Shown here one piece after another: positions 7,843 to 16,198 of a stretch of 51,539 nucleotides of DNA. Source of the stretch: a virus (Duplodnaviria > Caudoviricetes); the IMG/VR virus record IMGVR_UViG_3300025505_000001, positions 1-51,539 of that record. The stretch is one strand, 5' to 3'. A model generated the notes under the pieces. It saw nothing but the letters and a program-made list of their open reading frames with translations. It was not told where the DNA came from and searched no databases. Each line of letters starts with the position of its first letter. The first letter of the stretch is position 1. Made by a program: the position numbers and the translations under genes.

Positions 7843-8513
7843 TAGAAGTGTATCGTCGCGGAGACGCCGTATCCCAGTTTGCCGAAGCCTGGCTTCTGGA
7901 ACGTCTCGGTCTTGTAGAGCCATCCAGCCTGGGCGTTCAGCCCTGTATGCGAGATGGGAAAGGAGAGTGTAGCGACCGGAAGGGTCTGTAGATACGGCAG
8001 AGCCGAATCATCGTGACGGACCCGAGAGGTCTCCGAATGACCGGAGAAGCGTTCATCTCCGGCGATGCCGACGCCTGCTCGTAGACCTCCGAAGAGGGCT
8101 ACGTTGTATGTCGCTGTAGCGTTGAATCTGGAGAGCAAGCCCAACTGGAAATTGGGTCCTCGTTCGTTCGGCTTCGCCGAAGGAGCCGTCGCCAGCGTTG
8201 TCGGAGCATCCATCTGGATTGCCTGCGTAGCAGGGAGCGTGCCCTCAGCCGTGTCGAGGTCCTCGCATCGGACGCCTGACAGAAGCAGCCAGTTCGCGAG
8301 TTGTGCTTTCGGGACAACGTGAACGGACATCGGGGCGATGCGGCCTATCGGCGAAGCCGAGTTGTTGACGATGGTTGTGATGCCTGTGTTGGCGTCGATG
8401 TCGCAATCGACAGCCGGAAGAGGCGCGGCCTGGACGACGGTATGCCACGAGGCTACCATCGCCATGACTACGAGGGCTTCAGCGACAGCCCGAATGACGG
8501 TTCTCTTTTTCAT
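7842..8513 (-). CDS. Outer-membrane beta-barrel protein candidate
   Basis: Signal peptide; amphipathic beta strands; C-terminal beta-signal YGVSATIHF ending in Phe. Confidence 0.65.
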   Translation of the reverse strand: MKKRTVIRAVAEALVVMAMVASWHTVVQAAPLPAVDCDIDANTGITTIVNNSASPIGRIAPMSVHVVPKAQLANWLLLSGVRCEDLDTAEGTLPATQAIQMDAPTTLATAPSAKPNERGPNFQLGLLSRFNATATYNVALFGGLRAGVGIAGDERFSGHSETSRVRHDDSALPYLQTLPVATLSFPISHTGLNAQAGWLYKTETFQKPGFGKLGYGVSATIHF

Positions 8514-8633
8514 TTAGTGCTTCTTTCTTGCTATGACCGCATTTCTAGCGGCAACGATTAGGTACAAGGGGATTATCACGGCCATGATACCACGAATCTG
8601 GTCAGCCGTCAAGCCCTGGGTCTCTAGGTTCAC
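8514..8633 (-). CDS. Small single-TM protein (39 aa)
   Basis: GTG start; IMAVIIPLYLIVAA; fills the gap between neighbours exactly. Confidence 0.55.
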   Translation of the reverse strand: MNLETQGLTADQIRGIMAVIIPLYLIVAARNAVIARKKH

Positions 8634-8794
8634 TTGGTTCCTTTCGGCACCGGATGGGCACATTCCTCACACAAAAACATGAAGATTGTGCTCTTGAGGT
8701 ACGACCGTTTGAGAGTTGCGGGGTTCTTGCATTTGGGACGCTCGCATTGGTATACGTCCGAGTCTATGGGGGTCTCGTAGACGGAGGTAGGCAT
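8630..8794 (-). CDS. Small zinc-finger protein
   Basis: CERPKC...LCEECA; TAATG coupling. Confidence 0.65.
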   Translation of the reverse strand: MPTSVYETPIDSDVYQCERPKCKNPATLKRSYLKSTIFMFLCEECAHPVPKGTK

Positions 8795-9252
8795 TACTCG
8801 TACACCCAGTAGGTAACGCCTGTCCCAGGATGGATGGCCTCGAAGCCTCCTCCGATTGAGCGGTCGCAATCCTTCTTACGGACGGCGGCCCCCTTGAGGA
8901 AGACGTTGTACTTGTTCTGTCGGTTCGTGTTCTTCTCTCGGTCTCGCATCTTCACTAGGGTTGCTTTCTGCTGAGGAGTGATGCAAGACTGGCCGCAGAT
9001 GTGCGAACATCGGATGTCGTAGTCCTTGAGGTCTACTCGTATCCAGCCCCACTTCTCCAGCAGGACAGAGCCGGACGCCTTGATTTGGGTGCAGATGTGG
9101 TATGCCTTAAACTCGTGGCCGTTGCCTCCTTTGCGGAAGGGCGGGTCGACCCTGTAGTAGCGACCATCAGGGGCGAGCCAGCCCATCTCCATCTGACCGA
9201 AGCGGACCGAAGGCTTGAGGGGTTTGTCGTAAGCGCTCATGGGGAATCTCAA
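8794..9252 (-). CDS. Hypothetical protein, paralog of 11130-11624
   Basis: GWLAPDG...H...GWIRVD...HICG motifs. Confidence 0.75.
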   Translation of the reverse strand: MRFPMSAYDKPLKPSVRFGQMEMGWLAPDGRYYRVDPPFRKGGNGHEFKAYHICTQIKASGSVLLEKWGWIRVDLKDYDIRCSHICGQSCITPQQKATLVKMRDREKNTNRQNKYNVFLKGAAVRKKDCDRSIGGGFEAIHPGTGVTYWVYE

Positions 9253-9431
9253 AGCCTACCTCCATTAAGGCTGTTCCTACGGAAGACCGTAGGGCTGAAC
9301 TTGGGGTCGCGCTCTGCAAAGAGAGCGCAAAGGTGATTGACGAGGGCTACTCGGTACATCCTCTGCATCACCTCGACAGAGGGGACGTTCTTGATTGCCT
9401 GAGCGATGGCCCGATACTCGGCCCTAGTCAC
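9249..9431 (-). CDS. Hypothetical early phage protein
   Basis: MTRAEYRAIAQAI...FAERDPKF; coupled to neighbours. Confidence 0.65.
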   Translation of the reverse strand: MTRAEYRAIAQAIKNVPSVEVMQRMYRVALVNHLCALFAERDPKFSPTVFRRNSLNGGRL

Positions 9432-9624
9432 TTGGTTCGGTCTCCTCGCCTAAGGCGTCTTCCTCTTCCGAGGCCTCTTGTTCTTCTTCTTGGTCGAGTC
9501 CGTAGGCGAAGAATCTACGGACGATTTCTTCTTCGGGCAATTTGTCGATGTAGTCCGCGAGAAAGTCTGTCTCGGCATCGAGGACGAGTTCTCGCATCTC
9601 TTCCATGTCATCAGGTGGTGGCAT
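9424..9624 (-). CDS. Highly acidic small protein
   Basis: AGGAG RBS; very D/E-rich 66 aa. Confidence 0.7.
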   Translation of the reverse strand: MPPPDDMEEMRELVLDAETDFLADYIDKLPEEEIVRRFFAYGLDQEEEQEASEEEDALGEETEPSD

Positions 9625-9634
9625 GTCGGTGCTC

Positions 9635-9724
9635 CTAATCTATGTCAATGACGCGCTTGCGACCGCATCGACGGCAGTTGAACTCGTTGTCGTCCCAATC
9701 GTAGTACTCGACGTGACTACTCAT
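9635..9724 (-). CDS. Very small hypothetical protein (29 aa)
   Basis: MSSHVEYYDWDDNEFNCRRCG; overlaps neighbour. Confidence 0.45.
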   Translation of the reverse strand: MSSHVEYYDWDDNEFNCRRCGRKRVIDID

Positions 9725-9854
9725 AAGCCAACAGATAATGCTCAGCAAAGGTATTGACTGCGTCCTCCATCGTGAGTACGGTTGCTCTCCACTCGCACGA
9801 GCAGGTGATGAATACCCGGTCGGTATCGATGATTGATATGCACTTGTGATGCAT
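9717..9854 (-). CDS. Small hypothetical protein
   Basis: GGAGG RBS; H...CSC...H motif. Confidence 0.55.
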   Translation of the reverse strand: MHHKCISIIDTDRVFITCSCEWRATVLTMEDAVNTFAEHYLLAYE

Positions 9855-9955
9855 CGAAGATGAATCCTCCAGCCCCCTGCCCCTCCAGAGGAGAGGCAAG
9901 AGGCTTGACGTTTGGCTGAGCCTAGCCGGGAGGACCTAGGGGTCTGGAGCGAGAC

Positions 9956-10282
9956 CTAGAGAGAGGCGACCAACGCCTTCAGACCAGCGACCAACTTGGC
10001 GTACTTCGCCGAGTCACCGTTCGAGGAGTCGGCCTTCGGCTGGACCTTGTAGTCCGACGCGTCGAACTTGGAGCCGTTGTGCCCCTTGAAGCGGAGCGAA
10101 CCGTCCGTCTTCGAGATGCAGGTGACTTCCTGCGGGCCGTTGACGGGACGCCCGTTGACGGAGTCGATGGTGCGCCCCTTCTTCTCGATGACGATGTCGC
10201 CTTCGGCGGGCGTTCCGCCGCCGTTGTAGTTGGACTCGAAAGTCCCTGCTGCCTTACACATAATGGATAGGTACCTTTCCAT
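9956..10282 (-). CDS. Hypothetical protein
   Basis: GGAGG RBS; strongly biased codon usage. Confidence 0.75.
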   Translation of the reverse strand: MERYLSIMCKAAGTFESNYNGGGTPAEGDIVIEKKGRTIDSVNGRPVNGPQEVTCISKTDGSLRFKGHNGSKFDASDYKVQPKADSSNGDSAKYAKLVAGLKALVASL

Positions 10283-10404
10283 GAGACTACCTCCGAAACC
10301 CCGGAGGGGGGAATGGGTCATGCTCCGGACTTGGGACCGGACGCTGGCACATTACACCCCTTCCCGAAAGGGGAAGGAAGGGGTGCCCTCTGTGAGAGGC
10401 TGGT

Positions 10405-11133
10405 TCAATCTCCTTCGTGCTGATGCAGATGGTAGGGGTACCCGATGGCCGGGTCCCGATGGTGGTCGCCCATACCGGAACGCTCCCAGGCTCCGTCATC
10501 GAGAAGCGGATTGTCCAGGCGCTCCGAATGAAGCCGAAGCAACTGCCCTCCTCCGGAGGAAGAAGGCTGAGGTCTCGCAGAGACCGGAAGTCTCCAGGAC
10601 TCCAGACCTGGCTCTTGGTCTTCAGGGCCGTCCCATTCGACTACATCGTCCGGAAGCATGATGTAGCCAGGCTTGAGAGCCTTGCTTCCCCATGTCGCCA
10701 GTTTGATGGAGCCCCGACCGACCTTGAAGAGCGTCGGTTGCCAAGCCGCGACAACCGGAGTCGGATAGAAGTCCTCGAAGCACTTGACCTTGGTGTCCTC
10801 GAAGTCTGCCATCGCCAAGACGAATTGCATCTTCGCGGCGGCTCCCTTCGTCGTCGAATGTAGATGGACCGGAGTTTCGTGGTAGTATTTGCCGAGGCAC
10901 CCCAGGGCATGCGCGACATAATCGCCGTTCACGTCCTTGAAGCCCATGTGGAAGTCGAGCCATATCTCCTCGAAGAATGGCCGGGCTCCGGCTTCGGAGG
11001 TGTCGGTGACGGACTGACCTAGGAGGATGATGGCATCGACCGGGGTCGAAGCCCACACGACCTCGTCGTCCGGACGAGCCGCCTTCATGCGCTTCATCCG
11101 GTCTTCGCGGTCGTCAACGAGTAAGACTATCAT
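10405..11133 (-). CDS. Cyclic-phosphate-processing receiver-like domain protein
   Basis: LLVDDR, EIWLDFHMG, NGDYV, VHLHS motifs typical of this phage receiver family. Confidence 0.65.
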   Translation of the reverse strand: MIVLLVDDREDRMKRMKAARPDDEVVWASTPVDAIILLGQSVTDTSEAGARPFFEEIWLDFHMGFKDVNGDYVAHALGCLGKYYHETPVHLHSTTKGAAAKMQFVLAMADFEDTKVKCFEDFYPTPVVAAWQPTLFKVGRGSIKLATWGSKALKPGYIMLPDDVVEWDGPEDQEPGLESWRLPVSARPQPSSSGGGQLLRLHSERLDNPLLDDGAWERSGMGDHHRDPAIGYPYHLHQHEGD

Positions 11134-11624
11134 ACTGATGCTCTCACTTTCCAACCGAGGTCACTCGGCTCCATGTACGCAGTAACCAAGACTCCCTGTC
11201 CCTTCTCTTCGCACTCGTTGGAATCGGTGTCTCGGATGTCGGCTTGGGCGACGAGGTCGCGAAACACTCTTCGGTGCTTCACGACCTTTTTGCCATCGGC
11301 GGTCGTATCCGTCTCGCTGTACTCCAGACGAGCATAGACCGTCTTGAGGAAGTCATGCTGAGCCTGAGTCATGCAGTACCGATTGCCGCAGATATGCAGA
11401 GCACGGATATCGGCTTTGTCGACTCGAATCCAGCCCATCTTCTCCATGACGGTCGAGGATGCTATGCGAAACATCTCGCATATCTTGAGGGCGACTACGT
11501 CGTGCTGACCTCCGCTTGATGGGACGAACCAGAGTTCGCCCTGAGGAGAGAGCCAGCCCCATTCGGTTCCGCCGATGTCCTTGCGAGTCTTCTTGACGAG
11601 GCGGAATGTCGGTTGTTTTGGCAT
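11130..11624 (-). CDS. Hypothetical protein, paralog of 8794-9252
   Basis: GWLSPQG...H...GWIRVD...HICG motifs. Confidence 0.75.
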   Translation of the reverse strand: MPKQPTFRLVKKTRKDIGGTEWGWLSPQGELWFVPSSGGQHDVVALKICEMFRIASSTVMEKMGWIRVDKADIRALHICGNRYCMTQAQHDFLKTVYARLEYSETDTTADGKKVVKHRRVFRDLVAQADIRDTDSNECEEKGQGVLVTAYMEPSDLGWKVRASV

Positions 11625-13066
11625 TAGAACGTATCCCTCGTCGGGACGATGGGGTTGCCCAAGTCGTCGACGACCTTGCCGTCGAAGTTACGCCATTCGA
11701 TGCCGCCCCAATCGCTGGTGTAGTCCACGAGTTGAGCGTCGATGGGGAACAGCCGGGCAGTTTCGAGGGCACCCCAACCGTAGGCGGGGTCTTCATGCTT
11801 GTACTGTCGGGCACTCGTGCCGAAGCACAGTTTGTAGCGGTCGAGCAGAGTCTGGGCGACACACCACTGGCTCATACCTGTGGTCGGGTTCGTCTGGGTT
11901 TCGACGACTTCACCTGTGACTTTGCGGATGTAATGGCCGTCTCGGCTGACGAAGATTTCCGTCGAGTCGAGCCAGACGCGCTCCGGCCTTTTGGTCTTCT
12001 CGGCTTTGTCGGTCACACTGTCCTTCAGGGCCTTCTTCGTGCGGTCCAACTCGACAGAGAGGTACTGCTTCGATTCAAGGGTGCCGCCCTTGTCTCGCGT
12101 CAGTTGAATCACGTCTCGATATCCCAAGCGATTGAGATAGTCGATGGCGTCTTCCTGAGAGTCCACGTCCTTGACGTAGCAGGTCCCCGTCATCTGCCAT
12201 TGGACTTTGTAACGGGGCGATTGGTTCTCCGACAAGAAGGTCTGAAGCACTTTGACTTGGTTCTCGATGTCTCCGTGAACGGAGAGTTCGTAGGGGTCGT
12301 CGTCGTACTCGGGGTTCGGCTTCCCGAAAATCTTCTGTAGGAGGGCTGTTACCTCGGAGTCGGGCAGGGCCTTGCCCTTCGGGGTGCCCGAGACGTAGGC
12401 TTGGAAACGGGTGCTCTTCTCTCTGTCGTAAGGGATTTTGACTGCCCAAAGTCCCTCACCGTTGAACATCCCGGTGATAGCCGCGAGACCGTAAAGGTCT
12501 CCGACAACACCAGGACCTGAACTGCTTCCAGCCGCAACGCGGTAGTTTGCCTGGGTGCTGAAGTTGTAGAGTTTGCAGAATGAATCGAGATTCTTGGACA
12601 AGAAGACCAGTTTCTCGACGTTTGCTTTCTGTTGGTCGGTCATGTGGTGCTCGCTCCTTCCCGCCGCATTTGCGGCGTCCCAGATATTATCGCATTTTTT
12701 TTCCGCGCTGTCAACAAAAATCGTTTTTTCGGCAGTCTGTCCGTATCTGTAGCCATACGCAACCCATTCGAACGGCTTGTCTGCTGGAACTCGCTTCAGA
12801 CCGTCGCTCCCTAGATACCAACACACGTTGTCTTGTTCGAGGAAGACAGGAGGGTCGACGAGGTTGCCATCCTCGTCCTCCTGCGGAGGCTCGGGCTCGT
12901 CGTAGATGATTTTGTGGGAGAGGTGGTAAGGTGTGTAGGTCCATGAATAGATTGATTGGCGGGTTTGGGGGCTCCAAACAGGGGCGATGGGTATGTTGTT
13001 TAGAAGGGGGACGCCAGCGGCGGAGCCCCCGGGCCAAGGCCAGGACGACTTACCAGTCGGAGATAT
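11624..13066 (-). CDS. Hypothetical protein (400 aa from GTG 12826; frame open to a possible ATA start at 13066)
   Basis: Long ORF; 80 further sense codons upstream of the GTG; AAGGAG 10 nt before the ATA. Confidence 0.7.
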   Translation of the reverse strand: MSPTGKSSWPWPGGSAAGVPLLNNIPIAPVWSPQTRQSIYSWTYTPYHLSHKIIYDEPEPPQEDEDGNLVDPPVFLEQDNVCWYLGSDGLKRVPADKPFEWVAYGYRYGQTAEKTIFVDSAEKKCDNIWDAANAAGRSEHHMTDQQKANVEKLVFLSKNLDSFCKLYNFSTQANYRVAAGSSSGPGVVGDLYGLAAITGMFNGEGLWAVKIPYDREKSTRFQAYVSGTPKGKALPDSEVTALLQKIFGKPNPEYDDDPYELSVHGDIENQVKVLQTFLSENQSPRYKVQWQMTGTCYVKDVDSQEDAIDYLNRLGYRDVIQLTRDKGGTLESKQYLSVELDRTKKALKDSVTDKAEKTKRPERVWLDSTEIFVSRDGHYIRKVTGEVVETQTNPTTGMSQWCVAQTLLDRYKLCFGTSARQYKHEDPAYGWGALETARLFPIDAQLVDYTSDWGGIEWRNFDGKVVDDLGNPIVPTRDTF

Positions 13067-13220
13067 CTTTGGTTATCTCCTTGGCGTGGGCTAACGCTCC
13101 TTGTAGGCTCTTCCGAAGTGAGATGAGCCGGAGTCTGTTCTCGACCAGCCATTTCTGGAGGTCGTTCTGCACCGTAGTCTCGTTGCCGAACTCGTCTCGA
13201 ATCAGGAGGATGTACTTCAT
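13050..13220 (-). CDS. Hypothetical protein (56 aa)
   Basis: GGAG RBS; ATGA overlap. Confidence 0.6.
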   Translation of the reverse strand: MKYILLIRDEFGNETTVQNDLQKWLVENRLRLISLRKSLQGALAHAKEITKDISDW

Positions 13221-13378
13221 CGTCTCTCCACCGCTTTCGCGATACGGTCGAGGTAATACCATATACCCCAACCGAACCCGTAGCCAGCAAACACACAGAA
13301 CTGGAAGTCTTGGTGTGTGAAGGCAAAGTAGATAGAGGCGGTAAACGCACAGCCTGAGTAGAACGCCCATTGGCTCAT
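13217..13378 (-). CDS. Small two-TM membrane protein (53 aa)
   Basis: MSQWAFYSGCAFTASIYFAF...FGWGIWYYL; ATGA overlaps on both sides. Confidence 0.6.
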   Translation of the reverse strand: MSQWAFYSGCAFTASIYFAFTHQDFQFCVFAGYGFGWGIWYYLDRIAKAVERR

Positions 13379-13707
13379 TGAGCCACCTCGGCTCGCCGAA
13401 TGGCGTGGGCCGTCTTCGCACCTAGCGACCGAATCCGACCGAGGATGCGTCCTCGGTCAACCCCAAAGACTCCCCGGAGGGAGTGCGAGGGGCGGTGGGC
13501 GCACCCAGGGCAAGACTTCTCAGCATCGACGGCGGCTGAGTAGATGATGACCCAACCGCAGTTGTTGCAGGTGTAGGTCGTCTCGACCAAGCACGTCTTG
13601 GTGTAGGGGGCCGGAATGTCGAGGCCGTAGAACTTGGCGTGGCCCTTCCACTCGGCTTCGGTGAATCCTGAGACCAGTTTCTCGTGGGTCTTGGTACGTT
13701 GCTTCAT
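13375..13707 (-). CDS. Zinc-ribbon hypothetical protein
   Basis: YTCNNCG...CPGC. Confidence 0.7.
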   Translation of the reverse strand: MKQRTKTHEKLVSGFTEAEWKGHAKFYGLDIPAPYTKTCLVETTYTCNNCGWVIIYSAAVDAEKSCPGCAHRPSHSLRGVFGVDRGRILGRIRSLGAKTAHAIRRAEVAQ

Positions 13708-13709
13708 GG

Positions 13710-13895
13710 CTATACGTCCTTCCAGGATTCATCTACAGCGCCGATGGAATGGGGCATTGTCTCCAGATGGTCACGCACGTCCTCGGACTGAACGTGAGTG
13801 AGAATGGCCTTGATGTCGTCGAGGATGAGAATGGCAGGCCGCCCCTTCTCATGCTGAGCCATCAGGTCCGTGATGAGTTGGGCGTCAATCATCAT
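13710..13895 (-). CDS. Hypothetical protein
   Basis: GGAGG RBS; in operon. Confidence 0.6.
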   Translation of the reverse strand: MMIDAQLITDLMAQHEKGRPAILILDDIKAILTHVQSEDVRDHLETMPHSIGAVDESWKDV

Positions 13896-14022
13896 CGTAG
13901 TCCTCCCAATCGTCGGGGCTGTGGCCCCCTGCCAAGCAGAGGAACACGAGCAGTGCTACGAAGGCCATCCCGCAGAAGAAGCCAAGGGCCCAGGCGTTGT
14001 AGGTTAGGTCATGGCAGGGCAT
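13885..14022 (-). CDS. Small single-TM protein with acidic tail
   Basis: WALGFFCGMAFVALLVFLCLA then DDWEDYDDD. Confidence 0.6.
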   Translation of the reverse strand: MPCHDLTYNAWALGFFCGMAFVALLVFLCLAGGHSPDDWEDYDDD

Positions 14023-14219
14023 CAGCGTACCTCCCCTGGGAAGACGAAGTTGAGGTCCATCGGGATTAGGTCCTCGATAGGATTGCCACCGAAGACCGGA
14101 TAGGACTCCGTAGGAGGGGCTACCTTGTCCCACGCACAGGCCACGACGATTCGGGCCTTCTCTGTGATGGTTGTAGGGCCGAAGGCATCGTAGTATTCCT
14201 CGGCGTCTCCACGGGGCAT
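14022..14219 (-). CDS. Hypothetical protein
   Basis: GGAGG RBS; coupled. Confidence 0.6.
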   Translation of the reverse strand: MPRGDAEEYYDAFGPTTITEKARIVVACAWDKVAPPTESYPVFGGNPIEDLIPMDLNFVFPGEVR

Positions 14220-14369
14220 CTAGATGCCCTCCAGTCCGACTTGGTGGACGGGGTAACAGGGATTGGTGTGGTTGCCGATGGCCTCTCCGCAGTAGGCGCA
14301 TTGGCTCGCCATCTCTTCGATGTGGGCCTCGCCTGCTTCGGTGAGGTAGAACCGTGTAGAGTCGTCCAT
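14220..14369 (-). CDS. Small zinc-binding protein
   Basis: AGGAG RBS; CAYCG...H...C. Confidence 0.55.
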   Translation of the reverse strand: MDDSTRFYLTEAGEAHIEEMASQCAYCGEAIGNHTNPCYPVHQVGLEGI

Positions 14370-14371
14370 GA

Positions 14372-14536
14372 TTACCACGCTCCTGTTCTCTTGCGGTTGT
14401 ACTGCTCTTCGCGTTTCGTCCACGCCAAGAGCATGGCATCCCGAGCATCCTGGGTTCTGACGAGGTGGACTACGGGGCTGTTGAGCATCAACCCCGGGTT
14501 GCTGTACGGCGAAGCCGGAGTCAGGTTTCGAGTCAT
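14372..14536 (-). CDS. Hypothetical protein (54 aa)
   Basis: GAGG RBS; fills the gap in the operon. Confidence 0.5.
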   Translation of the reverse strand: MTRNLTPASPYSNPGLMLNSPVVHLVRTQDARDAMLLAWTKREEQYNRKRTGAW

Positions 14537-14540
14537 TGGG

Positions 14541-14759
14541 TTATTCCTCTGCTAAGATGATAGTGCGTATCTGTGCAAGAGCGGCGAGAGACGGGATGCG
14601 TGGATTGTCCACGATGTCCAGCACTTGCTGGAAGCGTCTCCATGAGTCTGCTCGCTCGAACTCTATGCACAGGCAACCGACTGAGTGCTCCCGGCACCCT
14701 CGAACTTCACGAGGGGCGAGACGCATGGTTCGTTTGTGCCGCTCCCCTCGCATACTCAT
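14541..14759 (-). CDS. Hypothetical protein, first gene of the leftward early operon
   Basis: AAGGAG RBS directly downstream of a promoter. Confidence 0.6.
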   Translation of the reverse strand: MSMRGERHKRTMRLAPREVRGCREHSVGCLCIEFERADSWRRFQQVLDIVDNPRIPSLAALAQIRTIILAEE

Positions 14760-14801
14760 TGGGTTTCTCCTTGATGACTTGGGGTGTTTAGAACTGCCTC
14801 A

Positions 14802-14831
14802 ATTATCTCACACTTAAAGAATTAGGTGCAA
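14802..14831 (-). promoter_or_regulatory. Leftward early promoter
   Basis: TTGCAC-18 nt-GATAAT with extended TG. Confidence 0.55.
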
Positions 14832-15088
14832 TCCCGGAAATCAGGGTAATTTTGTGAGGCAGACTGTGTCTGTTTGTGCTTGTGTGCTTGGGGCAGACTG
14901 AGGGAGAGATAGGCGCCGGCTGGTCCCGCAAAACGGAACAGGGCCGGCCCGGGGCCAAAAGTCCTATAAAAATTAGGACCAAAGACCCATATACAGCCGC
15001 CCGGCAAACGTGCTAAGATGACGGCGTCGACCGAACGAAAAACGGCGACACGCCGCTCCTAGACGGAGCATGAAAGGCAAGACTAACC

Positions 15089-15457
15089 ATGTCGATTCAG
15101 AACGCTTTCACAAGCATTTACGCAACAGCCCCGGTTGCCAAGGCAAAGGGTGACCTCCCGCCGTTCGTTCGTTGGAGCGAAGCGAAGGGAATTGACCTCA
15201 CGTTCACCGGGATTCGGCTCATGGAGAAGACCCGATTCGGACCCCAATGGTTCCTCGATGTCACAATCGACGGTAAGTTGGTCACGCTGGCTATCAGCCA
15301 AAACGCCAACCGGGTCTTGGAGGCCCAATGCTTGGCGCTTCAAGAGGACAAGACGGCGGTTGGTGCGGTCCTGCAGGTCGCCGATGGCGACGCCGTCTGC
15401 CCTGTCAAGCACCTGGCGATTATCGCACCGAAGACAGGAGGCAAGGGGAGCAAGTAG
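15089..15457 (+). CDS. Isolated hypothetical protein (possible OB-fold)
   Basis: 122-aa ORF; upstream TGCTAAGAT extended -10 at 15011-15019; own terminator. Confidence 0.7.
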   Translation: MSIQNAFTSIYATAPVAKAKGDLPPFVRWSEAKGIDLTFTGIRLMEKTRFGPQWFLDVTIDGKLVTLAISQNANRVLEAQCLALQEDKTAVGAVLQVADGDAVCPVKHLAIIAPKTGGKGSK

Positions 15458-15501
15458 GCTCCCCCTACCCATCGTCGACGCCGAAAGGCGAGTCTGACCC
15501 T

Positions 15502-15544
15502 GCCAGGGTCTCGGGACACCCCCCGGGACCTTGGCTTTTCCTTT
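15502..15544 (+). terminator. Intrinsic terminator
   Basis: GCCAGGGTCTCGG...CCGGGACCTTGGC followed by TTTTCCTTT. Confidence 0.75.
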
Positions 15545-15725
15545 GCCCGCGCGCGGGAGGGGGGGATGGGCGTCCGCGCCGTGCGCGTCGCGGGGAGGGG
15601 CCCCATATCGACTGTGCGTAAAAAATTGGGTCGGGCAAACCTCGTACCGCTACGCGGAACCAATGCTTGATAAGCCAAGCGTTCTCCCGACTGAACGCTC
15701 GTCTCGTTGCGGCCTTCGGCCCGAC

Positions 15726-15754
15726 TTGACGCCTGCGGCGACGTGTGCTATACT
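15726..15754 (+). promoter_or_regulatory. Sigma70-type promoter
   Basis: TTGACG-17 nt-TATACT; shares GACTTGAC and GTGTGCTATACTT with the 1487 promoter. Confidence 0.8.
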
Positions 15755-15798
15755 TCAGTTGCAGGATATTCGGATAGCATCCCACGAAGCAAGAGGCC

Positions 15799-15975
15799 AT
15801 GACATCACCTAAAGCCAGATGGTCCATCGACGCTCCTCAAGCCCTCGATGATGCCGTCACCCGCAAAGCCGCAGAACTCGGCTACAGCCGGACGAAGTTC
15901 GTCCTCAAAGCCGTCGAGTGGGCGCTTTCCCTTGAGGTCGAGAAGACGAGGACGTTCAATGCGAGCCACGATTGA
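15799..15975 (+). CDS. Ribbon-helix-helix (CopG/Arc-like) regulator, 58 aa
   Basis: RWSIDAPQALDDAVTRKAAELGYSRTKFVLKAV; first gene after the promoter; not in the ORF track. Confidence 0.75.
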   Translation: MTSPKARWSIDAPQALDDAVTRKAAELGYSRTKFVLKAVEWALSLEVEKTRTFNASHD

Positions 15976-16198
15976 AGTCGAGGCCGATGGCCCCATACTC
16001 CCCGACGTATTCCACCGCTGGCTCCAGGAGTTTTGCGGAGCGTTCTACTCTCCCTATAACCCCCTCGAAGGGGGAGTTGTCCATATCAAGTGTATGACCT
16101 TCCACGACGATGCCCCCGTCTCGCTGCGAATGACCGACACAGAATGGGCCGCTATGGCTAAGAAGTATGGCCGTTCCAAGGAGACCCCCAATGGCTAA
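15959..16198 (+). CDS. Hypothetical protein
   Basis: GAGG RBS; overlaps neighbours. Confidence 0.65.
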   Translation: MRATIEVEADGPILPDVFHRWLQEFCGAFYSPYNPLEGGVVHIKCMTFHDDAPVSLRMTDTEWAAMAKKYGRSKETPNG

